A stretch of DNA of 64,000 nt. It comes from a virus. Positions within the stretch are counted from its first letter, which is position 1, and the number at the start of each line of letters is the position of its first letter. The notes beneath the pieces were generated by a model. The model saw only the letters and a list, made by a program, of their open reading frames with translations. It was not told the DNA's origin and searched no databases. The DNA is taken from positions 6,375-70,374 of IMG/VR virus record IMGVR_UViG_3300024308_000028; one strand, written 5' to 3'. Shown one piece after another: positions 37,921-48,996 of this stretch. The translations under genes and the position numbers were made by a program.

Positions 37921-39141
37921 TTAAAGTCCACCGGGACTCGGTAGTTTTGCGAAATCTTCGTCACTCATAGCGAGTGGGTTAACAATCGTAGCGGCTTTTT
38001 GTGGTGCAGCCCGACTAGGAGAAGCAGCACTTGCTCGCTCTGAGTTAGCCAAAGTTTGCTTCGGCTGTGCAACACGAGTTACAACAGGAGCTTTAACTTC
38101 TGGCACTGGTTCCGGTTGAGTTTGCTTATTCAGGTGGTTGAATGCACCTTGCTTAGCAAGCAGTTCACCAACCTGGTTATAAGCCTGAATAAATGGCATA
38201 CCGTTAGGAACCTGACCGAGCATACGCAGACGACTCACCTCATTTGTAATAATGTCATAAATTCCATTTTCACGTTGGGTCTGAATAGTCTGTAGTAAAC
38301 CACGGTTATTAAACAGAGCATCTTTACTGGCATCGTCCCATGTCTGGCTGATTACACCTAAAGTAGCTTGTCCTTCTGGGGTAGACTTTAAGTCGTCCAA
38401 TTCGGTTGCAAATGCTGCTTCGGTATCAGAAACACGGTGATTGCCTGCCTGGTACTTAACTTCTTCTTCTGGGTTAAAGTCCAGAGGGTCAGTACCAGAA
38501 TCTTTAAGCAACTTCTTAATGGCATCTGGATTCTTCTTATCCAGGTCAATCAGATAAGACAGTTTGTCCTCATCCATTAAACCGTTGTTTTGTAGCATCA
38601 GCATTACCTTACGGTATGGCTGAAGTTCTTGCATTTTGCGAGTGTAGTTAGCACCCATCTGCATCAGGCTAATGGCCTCCTCCGGTGAACGGGGAGTAAT
38701 CATTTTACCGTTAGCTTTGAATGGAGCCATCAACTGCTCGTAACCAGCTTTATAGTTGAAGTCAGCAGGCAGACCTTCAGACTGTTTGCCTTCTTCTTTC
38801 TGTTCCTGGCCTGGTTCAGTAGTAGAAGGTTCAGCTTTAGTAATCGGCTCACCGTTACTATCAACTTCAGTGTTGACAACTTTATCATCAACTTTATCAG
38901 AAGTTAAAGGATTTGCTGCATCTTCTTCTACATCAGTAGGTTCGGGTTCGACTGGTTCTTCGGGTTGAGGTTCTTCAACAGGTGGGACAACTTCTTCTTC
39001 AGGAGTCGTTACGCCGTTGGTTTCTGGGTTGTTCTGAGGGTCTACTTCTTCAACTGCTTCTGGAGCAGTAGACATATTCAGAATCTCATCATCCGACATT
39101 GTAAAAATGTCGGAAGCTGATTTTGCAGCTTCCGTAGTCAT
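37921..39141 (-). CDS. N4 gp57-like protein (probable scaffolding protein)
   Basis: Acidic N-terminus, FKANGK...LMQMGANYTRKMQ, NPLAMSDEDF; lies between portal and capsid. Confidence 0.78.
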   Translation of the reverse strand: MTTEAAKSASDIFTMSDDEILNMSTAPEAVEEVDPQNNPETNGVTTPEEEVVPPVEEPQPEEPVEPEPTDVEEDAANPLTSDKVDDKVVNTEVDSNGEPITKAEPSTTEPGQEQKEEGKQSEGLPADFNYKAGYEQLMAPFKANGKMITPRSPEEAISLMQMGANYTRKMQELQPYRKVMLMLQNNGLMDEDKLSYLIDLDKKNPDAIKKLLKDSGTDPLDFNPEEEVKYQAGNHRVSDTEAAFATELDDLKSTPEGQATLGVISQTWDDASKDALFNNRGLLQTIQTQRENGIYDIITNEVSRLRMLGQVPNGMPFIQAYNQVGELLAKQGAFNHLNKQTQPEPVPEVKAPVVTRVAQPKQTLANSERASAASPSRAAPQKAATIVNPLAMSDEDFAKLPSPGGL

Positions 39142-39158
39142 GGTATTTCTCCGGTTAA

Positions 39159-39512
39159 TTATTCTTCGTCATCTTCAGGTTCGGCACGTACTGTGTCGAG
39201 TTCTTCCTGAATACTAGGAAGTAAGCCAGCTTCTGACTCGCCCATACGAATACCGAGGTCGAGCCAACGACGTAAATGACCAGCAGCCTGTGCCATGTTC
39301 AGTGCATCAGCACGGTTCTCAGCAGACAGCAGTGGGTCACCAGACTCCTGCACGTAACGAGCACAATGCTCTACGCAGAATTTTTGTAGGATAACATCAC
39401 GGAATAGTTTGTTACCCAGCAGTTTACGAACATCTTCGGCATGTGCAATTGCACCCTTAGCCGCTTCAATACGATGTTCTAAACCAGCAATCTCTCGTTC
39501 TTTATTACTCAT
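39159..39512 (-). CDS. Conserved protein (N4 gp58-like)
   Basis: 117 aa; syntenic. Confidence 0.72.
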   Translation of the reverse strand: MSNKEREIAGLEHRIEAAKGAIAHAEDVRKLLGNKLFRDVILQKFCVEHCARYVQESGDPLLSAENRADALNMAQAAGHLRRWLDLGIRMGESEAGLLPSIQEELDTVRAEPEDDEE

Positions 39513-39525
39513 GTGAAGGTCTGCC

Positions 39526-41796
39526 TTACAGGTTCATGCCAGGACTTAATGAAGGGTCTTGGCTAGGGTCAAAGTATTGGGAACCAAGTGAACGAGATGG
39601 GTCGGTCTGTGCTGCTAAATCCCGTTCCTGTGGTGAAGTCCCATTAGTTAAAGCATTATATCCAACAGCAGCAGATATGTTGGGGGTAGTTTCACCTTCT
39701 TTGGTAGGAGTTGTCAACGCCTTAGTAATTTGAAGGTTCTGATTACCCTGAGATTGTGCTTTCTGTTTTTCCATGTCACGAGCATGTTTAGTACCAGATT
39801 CCTGTTCCAGGTAGTCCAGATTTTTAAGGTCACCATCAGAACTAGCTTTCTTAGCTTGTGCACGGTTAAGTTCAATCTTCGACTGAAGTTCTTCATTCTC
39901 CAGTTGTGCTTTCTGTACTGCCAACTGTTTAAGTTGTTCTTCAACCGGGTCAGGTTCTGGCTTGAAGGTACGAAGTTCATGAGCCAGTTCAGGCATACGC
40001 TTAAGTTCTGCAATGCTTGCCATTAACTTAAGGGTAATCTGAGGGTCTGCATTTGGCCCAATGGTTTGAACCATGAAAGCAAGGTCTTGGCCTTTCTGGT
40101 TATCAATCTCAGCAGTGTTAATATCAACCTCAATGTCGAAGTTACCTTTCAGGTCTTCACGGTTAATCTCAACGTACTCTTCGTTAGTAATACGAACGAC
40201 TTCCTTCTCAGAAAGGAACTCAGCATTCATTGCACAAATCTTTGCACCAATGTCAGCCATACCTTTAGCCAGACGACGAAGGATTGCCATCTCACGTTTA
40301 GATGCTGCATCCAGTGCACCACGAATACCAGCAGCCACATCACCGTAGGCATTACCACTTACACCACCAGCAAATGCTTTAACCCCAGTAAGGGATTCTG
40401 CTTCCTGGTTTTGAAGCTGTGCCATAGTAAGTGCAGACTGAGGTAACTCAGGGAACTTATGTTCGATAATAGACTGAGCAGGGTTACCTTGCTGAGGGTT
40501 ATAGTCGTAGTCCTGACCATCTTCATACTTACGACGGTTGTAGGTATCCAGCATACCTTTAGGCATACCACGTTGACCGTTAGCACTACGCCCCAACAGG
40601 TCAATCATTCCACGCATTACTGCACCCAGTACAGCCTGGTTATCACCCAGTAATTCTGCATCTGCTTCGCCAAACAGTTCACGCTTACGTGGCATATATG
40701 GAACCACGACAAGAGGAAGCTTACCGTCCGGGAATGGGTTCTTTTCCATACGAATAAGAGTAGTACCAATCCAGGTAGCAACGAATGGTTGAAGTTCTCC
40801 ATTATCCTCAATGTCCCAGAATCCCCAGTATTCATAAGCAATAACACGTTTACGCATTGCATCACGGAATTGGAAATCACTAGGAGTCTTGGACTCATGG
40901 TCTGGGTCAGTCATTGGGGAAGAACTTTCCCAGTCAATCTTATCCAGATTGTGATAACGTTCTGGTGTCTTTAACAAGTCTGCTTTGCAGGTTTCGAAAG
41001 AGATAACTGCATAGAGTGCCTTGTCGAGGTCACCGTTACAGCTTGGGTCGATAACCACATTATTGGGGTTAAGCATTTCGACCGTTGGCCTGTTAATGAG
41101 AGCCTTCTCAACCTCAACCTCTGTCGTACCTGTCTGGACTGCATAAGTAGCTTCCCCTGTTTCATTGAAGTAGTTAACGGCTTCTTTAACACCGTCATCA
41201 GTACCTTCTTCATATCCACGTGGGTTATCTACCTGTAACTGTAAAGCTTGCTGGAGAATGTCAGCTTGCTCTTGAGTTTCAATTGGGAATAACTGGAACA
41301 CTGGGGTTTCGGTTTTAATTTTAACCGTCTTACGTTCCCATCCAATACGAGCAATACACGTACCATCATCAACAGTACTATGTACGTAATCATCCACCAG
41401 TTTCACTCTGTTAAGCTGAGTACGGAATTGGTAGTTAAGTACAAGTTCGTTTTGACGAGCAGCTTGCTCATCTTCCCAGGTAGCAGGAGTAATTTTAAAT
41501 AACTTACTGGATGACAGGAATGGTTCAGACAGTGGAGCATAACGCCACTCTGCCTGACGGCGAACCAGTTTAGGCTGGACTTGTGAACGACCCTTAACCT
41601 TCGGGGCTTTATGTTTGCCCTGAACTTTCATCAAGTCATTCCAGTCACGAACCTCATTCATCAAGGCATCATGTGCTGGCTTTGCAGCTTCAAGGTCACC
41701 CTTCAGTGCCTGAATACTTGGTTCCTTTTTCCAGTTCGTCAGCTTCTCAGTTTGAGCCGGGTCTGGCAAAGGCTTCATCGTATCTTGGTGTTCCAT
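39526..41796 (-). CDS. Portal protein (N4 gp59-like)
   Basis: 756 aa; [21 protein letters not shown] and [14 protein letters not shown] motifs. Confidence 0.93.
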   Translation of the reverse strand: MEHQDTMKPLPDPAQTEKLTNWKKEPSIQALKGDLEAAKPAHDALMNEVRDWNDLMKVQGKHKAPKVKGRSQVQPKLVRRQAEWRYAPLSEPFLSSSKLFKITPATWEDEQAARQNELVLNYQFRTQLNRVKLVDDYVHSTVDDGTCIARIGWERKTVKIKTETPVFQLFPIETQEQADILQQALQLQVDNPRGYEEGTDDGVKEAVNYFNETGEATYAVQTGTTEVEVEKALINRPTVEMLNPNNVVIDPSCNGDLDKALYAVISFETCKADLLKTPERYHNLDKIDWESSSPMTDPDHESKTPSDFQFRDAMRKRVIAYEYWGFWDIEDNGELQPFVATWIGTTLIRMEKNPFPDGKLPLVVVPYMPRKRELFGEADAELLGDNQAVLGAVMRGMIDLLGRSANGQRGMPKGMLDTYNRRKYEDGQDYDYNPQQGNPAQSIIEHKFPELPQSALTMAQLQNQEAESLTGVKAFAGGVSGNAYGDVAAGIRGALDAASKREMAILRRLAKGMADIGAKICAMNAEFLSEKEVVRITNEEYVEINREDLKGNFDIEVDINTAEIDNQKGQDLAFMVQTIGPNADPQITLKLMASIAELKRMPELAHELRTFKPEPDPVEEQLKQLAVQKAQLENEELQSKIELNRAQAKKASSDGDLKNLDYLEQESGTKHARDMEKQKAQSQGNQNLQITKALTTPTKEGETTPNISAAVGYNALTNGTSPQERDLAAQTDPSRSLGSQYFDPSQDPSLSPGMNL

Positions 41797-41804
41797 AGAT
41801 ATTC

Positions 41805-42305
41805 CTATTCTAATAGTTTACGGTCGGCCCGAATTTGATTACCCAACTCAATCAGTTGGCTGTCACGGAGTCTAACAGTTGCCCGGAGTTCTTCAACCAA
41901 ACGTCTGCCTTCTTCAAGACTATTGTCGAGTCTGGCTGCATGGCTTGCAAGACTTGTGCATTGAGAGGTTCCGGCTTGGGCTTGACGTTGGTATACCTTG
42001 GCTCGCCTTTCAGACTGTTGCATCCGGCTGTCGTAATCACTGCTAACGCGAGCAAGCTCGCTTGCGTAATTACTCTCAGCCGTCTGCAACCTGACAGTAA
42101 GTGCACCGACTTCGTAGCTGTGTTGTCTGTTGAGAACATCGTACTCACCCTTTAATTTATTGTAAGCCTTCAGGTCTTCTGCCTTTTGAGTATCCCACTT
42201 TTTCTGAACTGTGTTCTGTCCATTGGAACTACCCCAAAAGTAAATGGTGGCCCCAAGAGCCACCACCAGAAGATAAGACCAACCTTTAGAGATTAGCATC
42301 TTCAT
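41805..42305 (-). CDS. Rz: i-spanin (Rz)
   Basis: N-terminal TM segment plus coiled coil; follows the endolysin. Confidence 0.82.
   Translation of the reverse strand: MKMLISKGWSYLLVVALGATIYFWGSSNGQNTVQKKWDTQKAEDLKAYNKLKGEYDVLNRQHSYEVGALTVRLQTAESNYASELARVSSDYDSRMQQSERRAKVYQRQAQAGTSQCTSLASHAARLDNSLEEGRRLVEELRATVRLRDSQLIELGNQIRADRKLLE
41852..42106 (-). CDS. Rz1: o-spanin lipoprotein (Rz1) embedded in Rz; start uncertain
   Basis: Alternate frame inside Rz with signal [12 protein letters not shown] lipobox and a Pro-rich segment. Confidence 0.72.
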   Translation of the reverse strand: MHLLSGCRRLRVITQASLLALAVITTAGCNSLKGEPRYTNVKPKPEPLNAQVLQAMQPDSTIVLKKADVWLKNSGQLLDSVTAN

Positions 42306-42927
42306 TACATGCCTCCAGTGGCACGTTACCTATACGATTAGCTACCCAGCCGTAAGTAAAGTCTGGCATGTTAAGTGAGGTGTAGTGAGTAAGCTGTTTA
42401 CCATCCAGCAACTTAATCATTACCTGACACGCTGCCACTTTGCCACGTTTCTTCTGTAGTGCTTTGTAAGCATTAACAGTACCTGTGCCGACTTTACCAT
42501 CAACTTGGATTTTAGGGTAGTCTTTGCCATCACGGGACATTTCATTAAGGGATTGCTGGAGCCAACGGGAAGGACGAGATGTCCCAGTGTTTACACCAGC
42601 ATCAACTAACTTATGCGTAACGGCAAGCGATACATCAGCAAAGGCTACGAAGTTAGGCTTGAGTACATAGTCATCAATATAAACTTCAGCAGCCATTTCT
42701 TTTGTAAGGCTACCCATCTTTCCATCCCAACCGTATTCTTTAGCAAGAACCTCTTTATGGGATTCAGCCACCTTCTGGGTAACCCCCAGATTAGTGTGAC
42801 CTCCTGGGTCTTTCGGGTTATTTACTTCTCCACCCTCCATCATAAACACAGCCCCCAGGATGGCTGTGACTACTACGCTCACTACACCACCTTTGGTGGC
42901 GAGTTTCTGTTTAGCTGTTGCCATCAT
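42286..42927 (-). CDS. Endolysin, GH108 muramidase with N-terminal SAR-like anchor
   Basis: EGG..NNPKDPGG.TNLGVT motif, VDGKVG.GT peptidoglycan-binding motif, GW..NRI; hydrophobic N-terminus. Confidence 0.92.
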   Translation of the reverse strand: MMATAKQKLATKGGVVSVVVTAILGAVFMMEGGEVNNPKDPGGHTNLGVTQKVAESHKEVLAKEYGWDGKMGSLTKEMAAEVYIDDYVLKPNFVAFADVSLAVTHKLVDAGVNTGTSRPSRWLQQSLNEMSRDGKDYPKIQVDGKVGTGTVNAYKALQKKRGKVAACQVMIKLLDGKQLTHYTSLNMPDFTYGWVANRIGNVPLEACNEDANL

Positions 42928-43174
42928 CTACCTCTTTAGGCTTCAACCTGAATAATCTGCCCACAATATTTAAAGCAAATAAGGTAATCGTAATACCGGA
43001 ACCATGAGGAATCTGGTCAAGGATATGCCTTGGTAATCCAGAGAACAGTGGTTGTATTACGTCTATTGCTGAAAAGAAAATTAAACCAATGGTGCTAATT
43101 TGAATAGAAGCCCATTTCCAGGACTTCTTCCAGTTAGGCACAAGTTCAACTCTTTTGGTTAACTTGCGAACCAT
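42911..43174 (-). CDS. Holin-like protein (2 TM segments)
   Basis: LVPNWKKSWKWASIQ...GRLFRL holin-like pattern; start reset to ATG 43174. Confidence 0.7.
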   Translation of the reverse strand: MVRKLTKRVELVPNWKKSWKWASIQISTIGLIFFSAIDVIQPLFSGLPRHILDQIPHGSGITITLFALNIVGRLFRLKPKEVDDGNS

Positions 43175-43488
43175 GCAAAAATCTCCCGACGTGTTGCAGC
43201 TAAGATACCAATGATTGCACCTGCTGCTGCCCATACCCACTTACCAAAGATTCCAGCACCAACAACTTTGTGCTTTATGGTAATGAACTCTTCAATAGTG
43301 GGTTCGTTTTTGGCAAGACTTTCCTCAACATTCTTAAGTCGGTTACTGACATCAGTAACTGAATCTTTAAGTCCACTGAGAGATTGCTCTAACTTTGCCC
43401 TGTCGTTTCTTTCACGTTCCTGGTTCTCGAATAAAGTTCTGAATCTTTCCTCCAGTCGAGCCAGTAAAACATCAGTGGGTTCGGTCAT
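43159..43488 (-). CDS. Lysis-cassette membrane protein (holin/antiholin, N4 gp63-like)
   Basis: Coiled coil plus C-terminal TM segment; first gene of the lysis cassette. Confidence 0.65.
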   Translation of the reverse strand: MTEPTDVLLARLEERFRTLFENQERERNDRAKLEQSLSGLKDSVTDVSNRLKNVEESLAKNEPTIEEFITIKHKVVGAGIFGKWVWAAAGAIIGILAATRREIFAWFAS

Positions 43489-43552
43489 AATAGTTTTCCG
43501 ATTAGTAAATGTGCACCAGGAATCATACTTATAAACGTAGCCCTAAGAAAGG

Positions 43553-43577
43553 AAAAAGCCCCCTTATTGGGGGCTTT
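43553..43577 (-). terminator. Intrinsic terminator after the tailspike gene
   Basis: aaagccccc-ttatt-gggggcttt with a minus-strand T-tract. Confidence 0.75.
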
Positions 43578-43579
43578 GT

Positions 43580-46213
43580 TTACAACTGGCTGATACTCCA
43601 GTAAGCAGAGCGAGACTTCGTTAGTGGTGGTCTGGTAGTCAATGCTTCGGTAGCACGGATACGAGTACCTGCCGGAACTGCTGTCTGAATAGGATGAGCA
43701 ATGTCCATCGTAATCGGAGCAGAGATATTAGTAGGGGGAGTCTGATAAGGAGACTTAACAATATAAGTTTCCAGGTCAGCACCACCTGCCCCAGCACCTG
43801 GAATAGTAATACGAGTACCAGGGGAGAACTGGCATACGTACAACCAGGCAGAACCTTTGGACGTACCATCAGGCGTAAGATTCTGGGTAATAGTCTTAGC
43901 ACCAACAGCAGCAGCTTTGATGTCTGCTTCTTCCGTATCTGGAATAAACACCCCAGGACTGGTAACTACGAACGGACTATTAACGTAAACGTCAGCAGCA
44001 ATGAACTTAGTCTTATCCCTCATGTTGTCACGACCAGACAGTGAGGTATTAGGAATCATCATGGAACGTTGTAACTCCATAACGAATACCGTATCCCCGT
44101 AGTTGAACTGACGACCAGTAGGGAAGCGAGTACCATTTTGCCCGTGGTCTGCTTCACCAGGGAAGTACACACGACCAGCAGAACCAACAGGTACACCGTT
44201 AGAACCAATGAAGTTAGCATAAGGTACAGACGTAACATTTGAACCAGCAATGTTAACTTCAGAGTAACGGCAACGTAACCAGCCTTGACTATCTGCAATA
44301 CGGTCACCGTGGTTAGCGTTAACGTTGGACATGTTCAATACAGAACGTTGGAACGTAAACCAACCATCACCAGTAAAGCCATCAGCAGACGAGTACTGTC
44401 CAACACAGTTAAACACCTGAGTCAGAATGTTGGACATGTTTAACTCAGATGCCACCCCGAATACAGTGAACTTATAAGCATCAATGTTTTCCAGAGTTAC
44501 ACGGTTATTGTGTTCAACAAGATACCCATCCAGGCCAGCAGACACACCACAATAGAAACGACCAGTTTTAGTAACAACGTTACGTACTGTGTAGTTATGG
44601 CAAGGACATGCCGGGCCATAGACAAAGCCAGGGTCTGGTGGAATCAATGAACCATCCGGGTTGTACTTAGGTGCGTTGTTACCCCACTCAAGAGAGATAA
44701 GGCGAACGTCCTCTGCACTAGCGATTTCCTGGAACTTACCTGGTTCAAGTGGGAACTCAATACGCTCAGTTGCCAGGTCTGGTTCACCATAGACCCCGTT
44801 AATGGCAAAGTCCTTACAGCCATACATGAACACAGCACCCAGAGACAAACCAGTACCAACGGATACTTTGTTACATGGGTCAGCATGGATGTTCTCGATA
44901 ACAAGGTTACGACCAAGTTCAAAGTGAACAACCTGACGTACACGGTCTGCATAGACGTTACGAATGGTAACGTTCTTACAGTATTGCTCTTGAGTAGCTG
45001 CCCAGCCGTATGGCCCTTTACCTGCAACACCGATACCGATACCCCAGTTAGATACAGGGATTGGAGCCAGAGAACCATCAATGTCGAAGATGGTAATGTT
45101 TTCAATTACACACCCGTCATCGAAACAGTTCTGTACAACGTTAAGCTCAATGGCATCGCCCTTCATGGAATGGAACGTAAGGTTACGAAGAACCATACGG
45201 TCAATCTTCCCACCGGAACCTTGCTGAAGAATACCGAAGTAACCATTGCGGAAAATACACCCTTCCATCTGGAAAGTACCTGCATCAGTGAAAGAAGCAT
45301 TAGCAGCTTTCTCTGCATCAGTATCACCAGGGATAGTAGTGTCGTAGTGCCACAAGTGTTGGAACACAACAGAACCAGCTTGACCAGCACGAGGTGGCCC
45401 ATCAAATAGACAGTCCGTCATTACGATATCACCACCCTTCGGCATGATACGCATGTTCTTAAACGTGGTTCCACGGAAGGTAGTGTTATGAATCCAGAAG
45501 TCACGGTCACCCTCGAACTCACCATTCAGTACGGTAATGTTCTCTGCAAGTAAGTGACCAGCAGTAGCCATCCAACCAGACTGGAACCCCGTACAGTCGA
45601 GTACGTGTGGAGCATTGTCACGAGCATATTCAAATGCAGCATTAACAGCATCGAACATGGTTGCGTAAGGTCTGTTGGTGAACTCCTGAATACGTGGGTA
45701 GTTCATCCAGTCAGAGATGTTACCACCAGCAGGGGTAGTAATAGTCTCAGCAGGAACCAGAACCCATGCACCTGGTTTAATGCCACCAGCATTGATTGGG
45801 TTATCCGTAGCAGTCATCTGCTTAGGTAATGTACCAGCCCAACGATAACGACCAGCACCAAACAGAATCGTTTGGTTATGCGTCTCAAGGGTATACGTAT
45901 TACCAAAAGCAAAACCAGTATGGAAGTACTCCCCTCGTTTAGCTGCATATTCGCCAAGGTCTACTGAGCCAGCAGAGTGAGTAAGAACCCCAGCAGTGCT
46001 GAGACTAGTTGCCGTGGTTCCAGCAGCAAAGTTACTAGGCAGAAAGTAGGCACGCTGGGTCAGTGAATCGAACAATACACGATACAGGGATAAATCAATG
46101 CCTGCTTTAAAATAGGCTACCTGACTTGTACGTACACCAAAGTCACGAGCAATAGATTGTCGATTGACTTCGATGGCGGTAGAGCCACGGCCTTGAGCGA
46201 ACAAGTCGTTCAT
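43580..46213 (-). CDS. Tailspike 2, WcaM-like beta-helix (probable colanic-acid depolymerase)
   Basis: GDAIELNV...IENI.I..ID....NWGIGIG.AG motif as recalled for WcaM/colanidases; tailspike N-terminal Y.WAG.LPK domain. Confidence 0.8.
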   Translation of the reverse strand: MNDLFAQGRGSTAIEVNRQSIARDFGVRTSQVAYFKAGIDLSLYRVLFDSLTQRAYFLPSNFAAGTTATSLSTAGVLTHSAGSVDLGEYAAKRGEYFHTGFAFGNTYTLETHNQTILFGAGRYRWAGTLPKQMTATDNPINAGGIKPGAWVLVPAETITTPAGGNISDWMNYPRIQEFTNRPYATMFDAVNAAFEYARDNAPHVLDCTGFQSGWMATAGHLLAENITVLNGEFEGDRDFWIHNTTFRGTTFKNMRIMPKGGDIVMTDCLFDGPPRAGQAGSVVFQHLWHYDTTIPGDTDAEKAANASFTDAGTFQMEGCIFRNGYFGILQQGSGGKIDRMVLRNLTFHSMKGDAIELNVVQNCFDDGCVIENITIFDIDGSLAPIPVSNWGIGIGVAGKGPYGWAATQEQYCKNVTIRNVYADRVRQVVHFELGRNLVIENIHADPCNKVSVGTGLSLGAVFMYGCKDFAINGVYGEPDLATERIEFPLEPGKFQEIASAEDVRLISLEWGNNAPKYNPDGSLIPPDPGFVYGPACPCHNYTVRNVVTKTGRFYCGVSAGLDGYLVEHNNRVTLENIDAYKFTVFGVASELNMSNILTQVFNCVGQYSSADGFTGDGWFTFQRSVLNMSNVNANHGDRIADSQGWLRCRYSEVNIAGSNVTSVPYANFIGSNGVPVGSAGRVYFPGEADHGQNGTRFPTGRQFNYGDTVFVMELQRSMMIPNTSLSGRDNMRDKTKFIAADVYVNSPFVVTSPGVFIPDTEEADIKAAAVGAKTITQNLTPDGTSKGSAWLYVCQFSPGTRITIPGAGAGGADLETYIVKSPYQTPPTNISAPITMDIAHPIQTAVPAGTRIRATEALTTRPPLTKSRSAYWSISQL

Positions 46214-46263
46214 ACATACCTCATGGTATTCTAAGTGTTACCCCTCCTAAGAGGGGTTTATTG

Positions 46264-48996
46264 TTAAACAGGTGTATAAGCTACAGCTCCAGTACCATTT
46301 CTCCAAACGGATGCTGCGGTCGAACCAGATGCGTAAACCACACAGCCAAGGGTGCGGTCAAAGATTCCTTTACCCTGAAACTTACCAACGGTATTAATAG
46401 GGTCTGTCAAAGAGGTAAAGTTACTAGCAGCAGCACTAGCCGTTTGCGGAGTGACGTTGCCACCAGTACCCAGCATATAAGTGTTAGCACCGAGAGTATT
46501 GGTATAAGTACCAGTATCTGGGTAAACAACAGGCCCAATAAATGCCTCAACGGTACTAGCAGTAGTAATCAAACCAGTCGTAGAACCACCAGTCAGATAC
46601 TTCATGTTGATGCCATTAGCAACAACTTTAGCTGGGCCTGATACTTGCAAGAATGCATTGCCATTAGCCGTCACATTGTATGCTGCATTGATACCATTAA
46701 TTACCACAGAACCACCAGAAATCTGGATAAGTGCAGCACTACGGGCAGAAGTTAGACGCTCAATACCATAACTGGTAATTACCAAATTAGGGCAGTCAAT
46801 AAAAGTTCCTACAACCTCTGACTTAGTACCCTCCGTATAACAGGTGTCAAGGTGCGTGTAGGTCATACCAGTCAATGACCACCCAAGAATGTAATCTGTA
46901 TGCCCACACTCAATGAATTTAATACTAGTACCGCAACCAACACCGGATGCACGCTCAACACAACGAACGCCCCAGCTACCAGCAGTGGAAGCACTGTTTA
47001 CACGAGCAGTCGTAATGTGTCTATTGATAATACTTGAGTAGCCATTAACGTAATACATAGCAATGTCTTGCCCAGTATTACGCACACTATCAACGATAGT
47101 GTCATTGAAATATGGCATATACAGCCCATAGTCCACTGAGTCTCCAGCATTAGTAACAAAATCAATCCCCTCTAACTTAACATTTGAAGCATGAACGTTA
47201 GCAGGGTGAACAATAGCAAAGTGAAAAGATTTAATACTCCAGAAAGTATTAACACCGCTAATAGCTACATATGGAATCTCAGCATCAGTCCAGAGTCCTT
47301 TACCAATTCGGTATTGCGTACCAAACTTGCCAGTAGTACGAACGGTAGTCCACTGGTATACAGGAATACCTTTAGAAGCATAGTATTCACGAGAAGGCAA
47401 ATTAATAGTCAAACGATTATTAGGAATAGTCTTCTTGTAGTTTAAAAGAGCCAGCCACAAAGGGGCAGTATCACACCCAGGCAGGTCAGCAGAGTTATAA
47501 GGTTTACCCCCCAACTGCTCAATGTTAATACCAACAATCGGATTATGAACCAAGGTATATACAAATCCCTGGTTATCCGTAAATGCTAAACGTTGTAGAT
47601 TAACTGGGTGTTGATTGGCAGTACCCTTCTCAGAAGTTTTAAGCCATTCCCCACCGGAAAAGGGAATCCCATCATAATAGGAAAGAACCTTAACAGTTTC
47701 CCCCACTTTCACTTTGGTAGACGCTTGCACTAAAGCAACTGTAGGAAATACCCTAACAGTCATATTGAGCAAATCCTGAACAGACTCCCCAGTACTGGTA
47801 ATTACTGTGGATGCTCCTTGCGTACCAGTAAGGGTTTTTTTTAAGTCTGTTGCTAAACCTGGGGTATCTAATAGGTCTACAATAACTCCACCAGGATTAT
47901 AAGTTAACTTGCCGTTAGACACGCTAACAATATAAGCATTTGGTGGCAGGTCAGGAAGTCCATACGCTTTCTGTGCAGATACGTCATAAATTACCTTCTT
48001 ACCAGTGATTACAACGTTAACGTTTGTAGATAATACAGTCTCATCATCCTTCACGTTAGTAGAACGAGCCACTTCTTGTAGACTACGGTCTACCGGAGTT
48101 AATACAGTGGACTCTCCCCCAAGAGTAACAATAATACGGTCACCCTGAGCAAGAATCTCAGTCATGATTACAGTACGGTTATCCTTATCAACGGTATAGG
48201 ATTCCGTAGGCAAACCTTTGAACAGACGTTCGCCATTCTTATAAACAGCAGGTACATCTGCAAAGTTATAGGGAATAGTAATAACCTGTTCACCGCCCAT
48301 AGCGGAACCATTGTTGTATAGCCAGTTAACCTGAACCCAACCAGAGATATCTGGGTTGTCCGGGTTAGCTGGCACAGCAGTGGTCAGAGCTACAACCTCA
48401 TCACCCTGGGTCAACGGGTTAGACAGAGTGACGGTTGCAGTAGCTGGGTCATAAGTAAAACCGTAGCCTACATACTGAACGGAACCGTTAATGATAAGGA
48501 ATGGTACACCTACAGTTCCTTCAGGAACTTTAAAGGAAGTTTCCCCACCAGTGGCCGAACCATTCTGGTAAACGTAAGGGATGTACGCACCCTCGCCACC
48601 ACCTTCACCACCCCCGGTTGAACCAGAGACAGCAACCTTAATCCAGGAACCAGTGAGAGTAGGGTCATCCGGTTTGATACCAGAAGCATCATCGTCAACG
48701 TACAGGTAGTCAGTTACCTGACGGTCACCAGTAGAAGCGAAGTTGTAGATACGTGCAAACTTAGCAAACTGCTTAGGCAGTGCTTTCAGTTCTACTTCCG
48801 ACTGCACACCTACGACCATACCGTGAGTGGTGAGGGAATCGTATAAAAGTTTAAGGTTACCCAGGTTGCAATAGACAGTGCGAACCACGTGGTAAGCATT
48901 ACCAATCAGCTTATCCACGAGTGGGTCATTAGAAGTGTTGCCACAGTATGGGTTAGCCCAATCAGTGGTGGCATCGAAAGGAACATGTCCTGTCAT
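46264..48996 (-). CDS. Tailspike/tail fibre 1 with N4-type anchor and branching domains
   Basis: LVDKLIGNAYHVVR.VY.NL anchor, GGGEGGGEG linker, two GSA.GGE repeats, C-terminal beta-helix; ATGA overlap with the adaptor gene. Confidence 0.85.
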   Translation of the reverse strand: MTGHVPFDATTDWANPYCGNTSNDPLVDKLIGNAYHVVRTVYCNLGNLKLLYDSLTTHGMVVGVQSEVELKALPKQFAKFARIYNFASTGDRQVTDYLYVDDDASGIKPDDPTLTGSWIKVAVSGSTGGGEGGGEGAYIPYVYQNGSATGGETSFKVPEGTVGVPFLIINGSVQYVGYGFTYDPATATVTLSNPLTQGDEVVALTTAVPANPDNPDISGWVQVNWLYNNGSAMGGEQVITIPYNFADVPAVYKNGERLFKGLPTESYTVDKDNRTVIMTEILAQGDRIIVTLGGESTVLTPVDRSLQEVARSTNVKDDETVLSTNVNVVITGKKVIYDVSAQKAYGLPDLPPNAYIVSVSNGKLTYNPGGVIVDLLDTPGLATDLKKTLTGTQGASTVITSTGESVQDLLNMTVRVFPTVALVQASTKVKVGETVKVLSYYDGIPFSGGEWLKTSEKGTANQHPVNLQRLAFTDNQGFVYTLVHNPIVGINIEQLGGKPYNSADLPGCDTAPLWLALLNYKKTIPNNRLTINLPSREYYASKGIPVYQWTTVRTTGKFGTQYRIGKGLWTDAEIPYVAISGVNTFWSIKSFHFAIVHPANVHASNVKLEGIDFVTNAGDSVDYGLYMPYFNDTIVDSVRNTGQDIAMYYVNGYSSIINRHITTARVNSASTAGSWGVRCVERASGVGCGTSIKFIECGHTDYILGWSLTGMTYTHLDTCYTEGTKSEVVGTFIDCPNLVITSYGIERLTSARSAALIQISGGSVVINGINAAYNVTANGNAFLQVSGPAKVVANGINMKYLTGGSTTGLITTASTVEAFIGPVVYPDTGTYTNTLGANTYMLGTGGNVTPQTASAAASNFTSLTDPINTVGKFQGKGIFDRTLGCVVYASGSTAASVWRNGTGAVAYTPV

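Noticed and set aside
36937-37944. 335-aa + strand ORF and the many other antisense ORFs over vRNAP and structural genes
   Set aside because: These are shadow frames caused by codon bias in the opposite-strand genes; they have no RBS or motifs.
37921-39141. Tape measure protein annotation
   Set aside because: N4-like phages are podoviruses; position and acidity fit a scaffolding role better.
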